This document shows positions 56,210 through 64,000 of a stretch of DNA of 64,000 nucleotides, in pieces; within the stretch, counting starts at the first letter, position 1; each line of letters starts with the position of its first letter. The notes under the pieces were generated by a model, which made no database searches, was not told where the DNA came from, and worked only from the letters and a program-made list of their open reading frames with translations. Origin of the DNA: Bacilli bacterium (GTDB lineage Bacteria; Bacillota_I; Bacilli_A; RF39; UBA660); contig JAFRAK010000007.1 of NCBI GenBank assembly GCA_017405445.1, positions 28,321 to 92,320 on the forward strand. The letters are read 5' to 3'. A program made the position numbers and the translations under genes.

Positions 56210-58871
56210 TAAAATATTTATAATTGCTATAGCGGTTGCTTTATATAGTATAGTACTCCCTGTATCTGCAGAAGAAACAATCTGTCCTGATGGAGAACTT
56301 AGCGGAGTAGATGTAGCACAAAGATATGGTATTTCTCTATCAAAAGAAGAAGGAAACTCTTATAAATTAAAAATGAATCCACCAAGTAATACAGAAGAAA
56401 GATGTAAAATGAAATTTAAAGTATCTAAAATCAATGGCAATGATGTTACTATTGATGATAGATTAAGCTGTAATGAATTAACTCTTCAAATTGATGGTAC
56501 TACAGAAGATACAGTATATGGTCTTCCTGGAATAATCATAGAATTAACAAATGAAGAGAAAATTATTAAGAATGAAAATGAGTCTGGATCATGTTATTTT
56601 CAAAATGCAAAAGTAGAATTAACGTATATTCATGCTGAACCTGAAGTCAAAACAATTACATGTGCAGATCCTAATTATGAAGATTCTACTTTATTAATCC
56701 CAACAATTGATTGTGATAATAATACATATAAAAAAGGAAATGATTTTATCACAATAGAACCAGGTAGTTTCGAAGATAAATTCTGTTATGCCAAAAGAAA
56801 TGCCGGAACAAATTATTCATTTGATTTTCACACAAATCCAAATGATCAAGGAAAACAACTAGATTTTAAATGTGAATCAGATTTGGATAGTGGAAAAATT
56901 CCTCTAAAACAAGAAGATTTAGAAGGAGAAAAATATTACGTTAATAAAAACTATCTTTATGGAAAAAATATTGAAACAATAACAGGAGAAAGATATATTT
57001 ATAACTATGCTCCAGGGGATGAAGTAAAAACTGATCCAATCTCATGCGAAGTAACATGTGAAGAATCAGTTGAAGTGGAATATGGACCACCAGTAGCTTC
57101 AAAAGCAGGAATGTGTTTTGAATATAAAGTAAGAGTTACAAGTAGAACAAGTTGTCACATTTCAAAACTACCAGAAAAACCAAGATCAGATTGTAGTTAT
57201 TGTAATCCAGCTCCTGTCTGTGAAAGTGCCAATGGTAGTGTATGGCAACAAGGTGGACCTAATGAAGAATTTGATGCATGTATTAGAAGTTGTGATGGTG
57301 GAAAATATACTAAAAAATGTTCTAATAAATGTTATAAGAAAGTATATGCATCAAAAACAAGTACAAATCAAAATAATGTTGTTGTAAGAAAACTAAGTAT
57401 GACTACAAATGAATGCTTAAATCTAAATCCAGAAGGATGCTATTACAAGAGTAATGGTAATATTCTATGGCAACCAGGAACTTATACAGAAGGTAGATGG
57501 TATTTTGAAGCTCAAAATCCAAAATACTACTCACCTGGTGCACCATATATAGCATTTGCAGACGGCTTCTTTAGACGTGTATATGCAGATGGAAGTGTAT
57601 GTAATGACTCTTGCCATTGGACAGGATGTTCTGGTCAATATCTAAATCCAAATATAGCAAAAATAGATCTTGAAGAAAATGCTAAGAAATATAATAAAGT
57701 AATCACAGCTTGTAAAGCAAAAGCTTCATGTTCAACAACTACAGCAGAATTTACAATTTCTGCAGATTATACACCTGAGGGAAAATCAAAAGTTACAATT
57801 AACTTCCCTTATGATAATCAAAAAGATACAATTACTCATAATAATTCAACAGTAACAGATACTTCAGAAAATGCGAATACAACATTACTACCAAATGATC
57901 CTACACCAGGAGATGGATTATGGGGTTGCTATAAGAAAAACGATTCACAAGAAAACTTATATCGTTCTACATGGAGTTTCCCAGGTACATGGATTAATGG
58001 AAAAACAGGAGAGATTTCATTCTCACCAAAATCAACAAGTAATCCATCATGGAGAGAACATAATGATAAATTCTGTATACCAGCTGATGCTGAACGTGTA
58101 AATAGTGATTGGTGGAACTGGTATAACAATAAATTAATTGGATTAAATAATTTAACTTTATCTGCTAATACAGATGCGACTGTTAAAGATAAATGTGAAA
58201 ATGTAACAACAAAAACAGTTTTAGATCCAGGAAAAGTTGATTTATCAAAAATTATATATAATATTCATGCTCAAACACAAAAATTTGGATATTTTGATTG
58301 GAATATAGGAATGCATTGTTTCTATGCATTAAATCCTAAACCAACAACTCCAACAACACAAACTTCAATATCTGAAGAAGAACAAAAAGCATGTGTTCCA
58401 ACTACAGAAAACTATCGTGTCAGAGCAGTAGATTTGGAAAATGTATTCCCAGCTTTAGATGGTTCAACTGCACAAACAACTACTGAAGCAGGAAGAACAC
58501 CAGGATTTAACTGGTCAGAATATGCTGAAAATACAAAAAATGAGAAATATACAAGTAATCCAAAGAAATACTTAGAAAAGGTACAATCTCTTGGATATGG
58601 AGTATATGATGAAGGAAATCTTGATTATGAATTTACATTATCACCACAAACAATCCGCAATATGAGAAGTAATTCTTCAGGTGCTTACTCAGGTACTAAC
58701 TATACAAATTTTGATGATAGTGGATTCTATGTAGATTCTAACGGAGTATCAAGATATAAGAGTAATAAGATACGTTCTTTATCTGGAAGCAATAAACTTC
58801 CAACAGATAATGCATTATTATGTAATAACATGGTAAATTATAATTCATCAAACTGTGATATAGCAGGATAA
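56190..58871 (+). CDS. Large (893 aa) Cys-rich secreted protein, translationally coupled to the sortase gene. Candidate adhesin or pilus-associated protein
   Basis: Signal peptide MKKKLLNKIFIIAIAVALYSIVLPVSA/EE. Over 40 Cys. 20-nt overlap with srtB. No canonical C-terminal sorting signal. Confidence 0.65.
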   Translation: MKKKLLNKIFIIAIAVALYSIVLPVSAEETICPDGELSGVDVAQRYGISLSKEEGNSYKLKMNPPSNTEERCKMKFKVSKINGNDVTIDDRLSCNELTLQIDGTTEDTVYGLPGIIIELTNEEKIIKNENESGSCYFQNAKVELTYIHAEPEVKTITCADPNYEDSTLLIPTIDCDNNTYKKGNDFITIEPGSFEDKFCYAKRNAGTNYSFDFHTNPNDQGKQLDFKCESDLDSGKIPLKQEDLEGEKYYVNKNYLYGKNIETITGERYIYNYAPGDEVKTDPISCEVTCEESVEVEYGPPVASKAGMCFEYKVRVTSRTSCHISKLPEKPRSDCSYCNPAPVCESANGSVWQQGGPNEEFDACIRSCDGGKYTKKCSNKCYKKVYASKTSTNQNNVVVRKLSMTTNECLNLNPEGCYYKSNGNILWQPGTYTEGRWYFEAQNPKYYSPGAPYIAFADGFFRRVYADGSVCNDSCHWTGCSGQYLNPNIAKIDLEENAKKYNKVITACKAKASCSTTTAEFTISADYTPEGKSKVTINFPYDNQKDTITHNNSTVTDTSENANTTLLPNDPTPGDGLWGCYKKNDSQENLYRSTWSFPGTWINGKTGEISFSPKSTSNPSWREHNDKFCIPADAERVNSDWWNWYNNKLIGLNNLTLSANTDATVKDKCENVTTKTVLDPGKVDLSKIIYNIHAQTQKFGYFDWNIGMHCFYALNPKPTTPTTQTSISEEEQKACVPTTENYRVRAVDLENVFPALDGSTAQTTTEAGRTPGFNWSEYAENTKNEKYTSNPKKYLEKVQSLGYGVYDEGNLDYEFTLSPQTIRNMRSNSSGAYSGTNYTNFDDSGFYVDSNGVSRYKSNKIRSLSGSNKLPTDNALLCNNMVNYNSSNCDIAG

Positions 58872-58886
58872 GGAGGTTGATATTGT

Positions 58887-59384
58887 ATGAATAAAGGAAT
58901 ATTAACAATAGGAATAATACTACTTGCATTAATTGCACTAAACTTATTAAATGTATTAAATAATTATTCTACAGGTAGTGAATTAGATTATTACTTATTA
59001 AAAGAAACAACAGATGCTGCTATGGTAGATGCCATAGACAAATCTTATCTTAGAACTTGTGGCTTATATCGTATCGATAAAGAAAAGTTTGTTGAAAGCT
59101 TTCTTTATCGATTCGCAAGCAACATTGATGCTTCTCGTGGTTATACAGTAGGCTTCTATGATATAAATGAAGTACCTCCAAAAGTAAGTATCAAAATTGA
59201 TTCATTAACGACATTAAGTTTCAATACAGGTACGGGAGCGGAAGGAAATAAAGAAGCTGCAAACATTTCTACAAGTTATGATGCTATTCTAGAATCAAAT
59301 TATTTAACTGATACACAAACAGAAATTGGTCTTAATACAGATGATGATATGTGTAAAGACTTAAACAAGATCACTAGAAAATAA
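58887..59384 (+). CDS. N-terminally anchored small protein (165 aa), possible minor pilin or assembly factor
   Basis: Single N-terminal TM (ILTIGIILLALIALNLL). Position immediately upstream of cpaB-like gene. Confidence 0.45.
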   Translation: MNKGILTIGIILLALIALNLLNVLNNYSTGSELDYYLLKETTDAAMVDAIDKSYLRTCGLYRIDKEKFVESFLYRFASNIDASRGYTVGFYDINEVPPKVSIKIDSLTTLSFNTGTGAEGNKEAANISTSYDAILESNYLTDTQTEIGLNTDDDMCKDLNKITRK

Positions 59385-59399
59385 TATAGGAGGGATAAA

Positions 59400-60203
59400 A
59401 TGGGGAATTTAACGACAAGCTTTCGAAAATTTTTACAAAATAAAAATACGGTTACCGTAATAGGAATCGTATTAGGAATAATGGTTATCTATATTGCTTA
59501 TACTATGCGTATTAAGGCAGAGATAAATCCCATTACAGTTCCTTATGCAGCAGAGCAAATAAAAGCAGGTGCTCAAATTACAGAAAGTATGATATCTACA
59601 AGAAAAGTTCCACCTTCAATGCTAGAAGGAGAAGTTATTACAAATCTAGGAGATATTGTGGATAAATATGCAGCTGCAGATACGGTAATTCCAAAAGGAA
59701 GTTTATTCTATAAAAGATCTGTAGTAGAAAAAGAACAATTACCAGGAAATATTATCCTACAATATCCAAAAGGATATGTATTATATAATTTATCTGTAGA
59801 TACAGCCAGTACTTATGGTAATTCTGTTTTCCCTGGAAACTACATTGATATTTACTTAAAAGCAGTAAATAAAATAGAAGAAGGTAGTGGATATGGTAGT
59901 GAAGCAGATAGAGTTATGCTTGGAAAACTAATCTCTAATATTGAAGTATTAGCTGTAAAAGATAGTGCTGGACAACCAGTATTCCAAAATATAGATGAAA
60001 ATAGAACTCCAGCTATGGTAGTATTTGCCGTACCTGAAGAATACTTTATCTTACTTAAGAAGACAGAGTATATGAGAACTTATGATACATCTTTAATTTT
60101 AGTACCAACAAATGAAAGTTTAAAAGATGATCCAGCTGATTTGGAAATTAGTAGTGACCAATTAAAACAATGGATCAATGATCATACATATTGGACTGAA
60201 TAA
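59400..60203 (+). CDS. cpaB: Flp pilus assembly protein CpaB/RcpC-like (SAF domain)
   Basis: N-terminal TM then ITVPYAAEQIKAGAQITESMIS...PSMLEGEVITNLGDIVDKYAAADTVIPKGSLF, typical CpaB SAF-domain pattern. Confidence 0.6.
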   Translation: MGNLTTSFRKFLQNKNTVTVIGIVLGIMVIYIAYTMRIKAEINPITVPYAAEQIKAGAQITESMISTRKVPPSMLEGEVITNLGDIVDKYAAADTVIPKGSLFYKRSVVEKEQLPGNIILQYPKGYVLYNLSVDTASTYGNSVFPGNYIDIYLKAVNKIEEGSGYGSEADRVMLGKLISNIEVLAVKDSAGQPVFQNIDENRTPAMVVFAVPEEYFILLKKTEYMRTYDTSLILVPTNESLKDDPADLEISSDQLKQWINDHTYWTE

Positions 60204-60234
60204 TAAAAAAGAATAATAAAGAATAATAAAGGGT

Positions 60235-61998
60235 GTGAACTCCATGAATGAAAATATTTTTGACAAATTAGATTTTGGACCATTTCGTGAATTATTAGAT
60301 AATGATGATATTACCGATATTTCCTACGATAATAATGGACAGATTTGGATTAGATCATTGACACAAGGATCTATGAGAGTAGAAATTGAAGGAGCCACTC
60401 CCGAATTTGTAGAGAAATTAGCTTTTCAATGCTCGAATGTTATGGGTACTACATTTAACAATGCCAAACCATTCCTAGATGCTGAATCTGCTGAGTTACG
60501 TATGAACTTTGTACACCAAAGTATCGCTACCAATGGTATTGCTTTAGTTATTCGTAAAACTCCGGCTAAAATTCGATTATCAAAAGAAAAACTAATTAAA
60601 GAAGATTACTTTACTCCTGCTATTCATGATTTGTTAATCAAATGTGTAGAGGGACATTGTAATATTATGGTTGCTGGAGAAACTGGTTCTGGTAAAACAG
60701 AGTTTGTTAAGTATCTTGCCAGTCATACCATACAAAATGAAAAAATAATTACGATTGAAGATACACTAGAATTACACTTAGATAAAATTTATCCACAAAG
60801 AGATATTGTAGCGATGAAAACAAATAATGTAGCTAGTTATACTGATGTATTAGTTACATGTATGAGACAGAATCCAAAATGGATTTTACTATCAGAAGTT
60901 CGTTCTGCAGAAGCCGTTTCTGCCGTACGTAACTCAATATCTTCAGGACATAATATTTTATCAACAATCCATGCGGATAAAGCATCTGCTATTCCTTATC
61001 GTATGTATTCTTTAATGGAAACAGATTTGGATGTACATCAGTTCTTAACAACAATTTATCGTTACATTCAAATAGGTGTTCACATTAAAGCATTTTATAG
61101 TAAAGAATATGGACAATTTCACCGTGAAGTAGATGAAGTATGTGAATTCTTTGTTGATGATAAAAATGAACCTCAATCAAGAATTATTTATCAAAAACAA
61201 ATGGGTAAAATTATGATGTGTAAACCAAGTTATAATTTAATTGAATACTTGGAAAATCAAAATATTAGTATTCAAGAAATTATTAAAGATTTACCAGATG
61301 AGTTACCAATTACAGAACAAGAAGAATTTAATTCAGAAACAGAAAAACCTGTTGAAAACACAGAACAAAAAAACAATAATCCACAAGAAGTTGTGGAAGA
61401 AAATAATAATGAAGCAGGTACTGAAACAGTAACACCAGATCCTAATTTACCTGGTGCAAAACCAGATGAAGAAGTAACAAAAGAACCTGGGGCAGAAGTA
61501 GGAATAGCAGAATCTATTCCTGTTGTATCAGAGGATGGAAATGTACAATTAAATAATCCAGTAGTAACACCAGGAGGACTAACAACATTAGAACAACAAA
61601 TGACTCCTCCACCACAAAATACTGAACAACCATTTCAAATTCCTACAGCAGTAGAACAGCCTCCAGTTGCTCAGACAGCTCCACCAGTTACAGTAGAACA
61701 ACCAACTGTTCCTATTGCTCCACAAGAAGTTGCAGCACAACCTCCAGTAAATCCACCAGTACAACCAGCAACAGTAGAGCAACCACCTGTACAACCAGCA
61801 ACAGTAGAGCAACCACCTGTAGTACCTGGAATAGTAGCACCTCCTGTGGTAGAAGAGGCACCACCTCCTGCACCACCTGGAGTACCTGTGGCAAATAATC
61901 AATTGCCACAAGCTACAACAAATCAACAATTAATTCAACCAGTAGCACAACAAGCTATGCCAAATGTTATTCCAAATGTTGTGAGATTAGATGCATAA
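60235..61998 (+). CDS. tadA: CpaF/TadA-type secretion ATPase with about 220-aa Pro/Gln/Val-rich repetitive C-terminal extension
   Basis: Walker A MVAGETGSGKTEF. Asp-box ILLSEVRSAEA. His-box LSTIHADKA. Tail has repeats such as PVQPATVEQP. Confidence 0.8.
   Translation: MNSMNENIFDKLDFGPFRELLDNDDITDISYDNNGQIWIRSLTQGSMRVEIEGATPEFVEKLAFQCSNVMGTTFNNAKPFLDAESAELRMNFVHQSIATNGIALVIRKTPAKIRLSKEKLIKEDYFTPAIHDLLIKCVEGHCNIMVAGETGSGKTEFVKYLASHTIQNEKIITIEDTLELHLDKIYPQRDIVAMKTNNVASYTDVLVTCMRQNPKWILLSEVRSAEAVSAVRNSISSGHNILSTIHADKASAIPYRMYSLMETDLDVHQFLTTIYRYIQIGVHIKAFYSKEYGQFHREVDEVCEFFVDDKNEPQSRIIYQKQMGKIMMCKPSYNLIEYLENQNISIQEIIKDLPDELPITEQEEFNSETEKPVENTEQKNNNPQEVVEENNNEAGTETVTPDPNLPGAKPDEEVTKEPGAEVGIAESIPVVSEDGNVQLNNPVVTPGGLTTLEQQMTPPPQNTEQPFQIPTAVEQPPVAQTAPPVTVEQPTVPIAPQEVAAQPPVNPPVQPATVEQPPVQPATVEQPPVVPGIVAPPVVEEAPPPAPPGVPVANNQLPQATTNQQLIQPVAQQAMPNVIPNVVRLDA
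61761..61820 (+). repeat. Perfect 30-bp tandem duplication (acaaccagcaacagtagagcaaccacctgt x2) in the ATPase tail
   Basis: Direct sequence comparison. Confidence 0.85.
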
Positions 61999-62022
61999 AA
62001 TATTTAGAAAAGGGGTGAAATC

Positions 62023-62925
62023 ATGTACATCGAAGAATTATTTATTATTACGATATTTGTAGTGTTCTTTGTCACAATAAGAAACTATAAAGGAGATAAT
62101 TTAGGAAAATTTATTGTTGAACAAATTCAAGGGATGTATGAGAAATTCACTCCATACTCTTTTCGAGTTGTTAGAGAAAAAACAAAACAACTTGGTCAAG
62201 AATATACACCAAGACAATATATGATACAGGTATGTTTATTTGCAGGATTTGCTGGAATTGTATCTTATTTATATTTCTATAATTTGATTATTAGTATTAT
62301 ATATGCAATTGTTGCAGTATCCTTTGTACCATATTTATCTTATTTAAGATGTAAAAAAGTATATTCAGAATTTATTTTTGAACAAATACAAGTATATACA
62401 TCAAATACGATTATGGAATTTAGTACAACTCAATCTTTTGTTAAAGCTCTAGAAGGAGTAAAAGCATCAGGAGTATTAGAAGATCCTGTATTATCCGATG
62501 TTGAGCAAATGATTAGTATGTCATATGATAATGGTACAATAGATGAAGCCTTAGAATATATGAGTAGATTATATCCATACTTTATTGTTAAAAATATGCA
62601 TCAATTATTCTTACAAATTACAAAAGAAGGAGCAAGAAACTCTGCTGATTCTTTAGAAAATATGCAATTAGATATTGATATGCTAGTAGAAAGTGTTTAC
62701 CGCGATAGAATTGAAAGAGCAACCTTTCATAAAAACTTTTTACAATTTGGTATTATGTTATACTTACTTGTTATGTTAGTTCAATATTTATTAGGTAGAG
62801 AAACTTATCTACAATTACTGAATAGATGGTATATTCGTTTCTTAATGCATAGTGTTTTAATTGTAAATACATACTTCCTGATTAAAGGAGAAAAATATTA
62901 TTATGAGAATGTGGGGGCTGAATAA
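62023..62925 (+). CDS. tadB: TadB-like pilus assembly inner-membrane protein (T2SS-F domain)
   Basis: Size, TM topology (N-terminal helix, central cytoplasmic domain, C-terminal helices) and position after the ATPase. Call by context. Confidence 0.55.
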   Translation: MYIEELFIITIFVVFFVTIRNYKGDNLGKFIVEQIQGMYEKFTPYSFRVVREKTKQLGQEYTPRQYMIQVCLFAGFAGIVSYLYFYNLIISIIYAIVAVSFVPYLSYLRCKKVYSEFIFEQIQVYTSNTIMEFSTTQSFVKALEGVKASGVLEDPVLSDVEQMISMSYDNGTIDEALEYMSRLYPYFIVKNMHQLFLQITKEGARNSADSLENMQLDIDMLVESVYRDRIERATFHKNFLQFGIMLYLLVMLVQYLLGRETYLQLLNRWYIRFLMHSVLIVNTYFLIKGEKYYYENVGAE

Positions 62926-63728
62926 TGGAAATAATTATTGCAGGTGCCATTTTGATGTATGTATTTATTTATAATGGAACAATCAATAAAGATAAATTTT
63001 ATGCAGATAATCAAAAATATTTAGAGGCATTAAAAGAAGAAGATTATCAATTCTTACTCTATGCTAAATATGGAGAAGATGTTGATGTAGATAAATTATA
63101 TTCAAAAAGAATTACAATGGGAGTAATTGCATTTTTATTTGTACTCGCTATGACAATTTCTCGTAATAATTCTGTTGAAATTATAAATGCTCAATTCTTT
63201 TTAAATCTTGTTATTGCAGGACTTGCAGGAATAGGAGCATTTAAATTACCTTATTTACAACTAAAGAATTATTATAAACAGCATTTACAAGAAATTGATA
63301 TTTTGCTTCCATATTATTTAAAAAGTTTGGAAATATTAATTCAACATTATACTGTACCAGTAGCGGTAGGAAAATCGATTGCTGATGCACCTGATTTATT
63401 TAAACCAGGACTTAGAAGAATGATTGATAGAATTAATTCTGGAGACTCTTCCGTAGATCCTTATATGGAATTTGCTAATACTTATCCTGTAAGAGATTCT
63501 ATGAGAATGATGCGTTTATTGTATCGTTTAGGAATTGGTTCTCAAGAAAGAAAACAAGAAAGACTAATGATGTTTTCTAAAACGGTGTCTTCTCTTCAAA
63601 ATAAAGCAAGAGAAACAAAATACAAAGAGCGTTTAAATCATATGGAAAGTCAAACAATGATTATGTTAGTATGTACAGGTATTGGAGTTATGCTTGTCAT
63701 ATTAATTTCAATGATGATGATGTTTTAA
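62925..63728 (+). CDS. tadC: TadC-like pilus assembly inner-membrane protein (T2SS-F domain)
   Basis: Start overlaps tadB stop (ATAATGG). Similar topology. Call by context. Confidence 0.55.
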   Translation: MEIIIAGAILMYVFIYNGTINKDKFYADNQKYLEALKEEDYQFLLYAKYGEDVDVDKLYSKRITMGVIAFLFVLAMTISRNNSVEIINAQFFLNLVIAGLAGIGAFKLPYLQLKNYYKQHLQEIDILLPYYLKSLEILIQHYTVPVAVGKSIADAPDLFKPGLRRMIDRINSGDSSVDPYMEFANTYPVRDSMRMMRLLYRLGIGSQERKQERLMMFSKTVSSLQNKARETKYKERLNHMESQTMIMLVCTGIGVMLVILISMMMMF

Positions 63729-63814
63729 AATGTAAACAAAATGTTTAATGATTGTTATTAAAAAATTATTTTGTTATAATTAATTTAGAATACGAAAGGA
63801 TAGGTGATAATTAT

Positions 63815-63961
63815 ATGAAAGCAGCTACAGGTGAATTAAACTTAACAGTAATCACACTTTTGGCTATTTCTGCCGTAATTGCATTTTTCTGGTTAATGTG
63901 GCCTAGTATAAAGGAATCTATTAATACTCAGTGGAATAATCTTTCAACATACAGAGGATAG
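63815..63961 (+). CDS. Small (48 aa) Flp-type pilin-like protein MKAATGELNLTVITLLAISAVIAFFWLMW...
   Basis: AGGTGA RBS 7 nt upstream. Short polar leader ending in Gly followed by about 22 hydrophobic residues. Position after tadC. Lacks canonical G/xxxxEY motif. Confidence 0.4.
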   Translation: MKAATGELNLTVITLLAISAVIAFFWLMWPSIKESINTQWNNLSTYRG

Positions 63962-63979
63962 AATAACAGGAGGCAATAA

Positions 63980-64000
63980 ATGAAAGAAGCATACGGAGGA
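63980..64000 (+). CDS. Start of a further gene (MKEAYGG...), truncated by window end
   Basis: AGGAGG RBS 6 nt upstream of ATG 63980. Confidence 0.3.

Noticed and set aside
58811-58871. KLPTDN near the C-terminus of the 893-aa protein as a sortase sorting signal
   Set aside because: It is not followed by a hydrophobic segment and basic tail, and it does not match SrtB-type NPQTN or NPKTG motifs. The sortase substrate is therefore unidentified, not assigned.
61588-61929. Minus-strand ORFs (113 aa and 65 aa, Trp/Cys/Leu-rich) inside the ATPase tail
   Set aside because: These are artefacts of translating the complement of the Pro/Gln/Val-rich repeat region. They lie entirely inside a well-supported + strand gene.
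1-64000. tRNA, rRNA, transposase, integrase or prophage genes
   Set aside because: No cloverleaf-compatible 70-90-nt GC-rich segment and no rRNA-like sequence were seen. No ORF has DDE, tyrosine or serine recombinase or phage structural motifs.

Overview
Very AT-rich segment (roughly 27-30% GC by eye) from a low-GC, anaerobic Firmicute, probably Erysipelotrichia-like or another AT-rich clostridial relative. Supporting genes: pyruvate:ferredoxin oxidoreductase, desulfoferrodoxin, and a Bacillus-like yrr-type synteny (ireB-ruvX-DUF1292-mltG-yrrM-U32 peptidases-greA). Nearly all genes are on the + strand.

Housekeeping genes: mnmA, gpmI, nifJ/PFOR, recG, dfx, rluD, a CIRCE-controlled hsp20, greA, and a dGTPase-like HD hydrolase.

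Accessory or unusual content:
1. Four dispersed paralogs (5778, 31519, 39625, 45482). They share a highly conserved ~185-aa N-terminal signal-anchor plus domain with TasA/camelysin-like motifs and have hypervariable C-terminal regions. Two carry DUF285/BspA-type LRR arrays encoded by near-perfect tandem DNA repeats.
2. A recombination-hotspot-like region just after recG (16.4-20.0 kb). Three copies of a ~55-80 bp repeat carry a C5 run and a 9-bp hairpin. They delimit (a) a convergent small-peptide/sRNA pair with textbook promoters and terminators (type I toxin-antitoxin-like) and (b) a cassette encoding a 95-aa protein, a 2-TM Mrr-like endonuclease-domain protein and a KAP-family P-loop NTPase, a candidate uncharacterised defense module. 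A 1173-aa orphan cytoplasmic protein follows.
3. At the 3' end (52-64 kb), a Tad/Flp-like pilus-secretion locus: CpaB-like protein, CpaF/TadA ATPase with an unusual ~220-aa Pro/Gln/Val-rich repeat tail, TadB, TadC and a small pilin-like protein. It is preceded by a class B sortase translationally coupled to an 893-aa Cys-rich secreted protein, a DUF5011-type Ig-like TM protein and a polytopic membrane protein.

Also noted: a poly-A frameshift splitting a secreted-protein gene, a standalone 30-aa membrane peptide gene, a structured GC-rich intergenic element, and a leader with an intrinsic terminator upstream of the defense cassette. No rRNA, tRNA, CRISPR, transposase or integrase genes were recognised.
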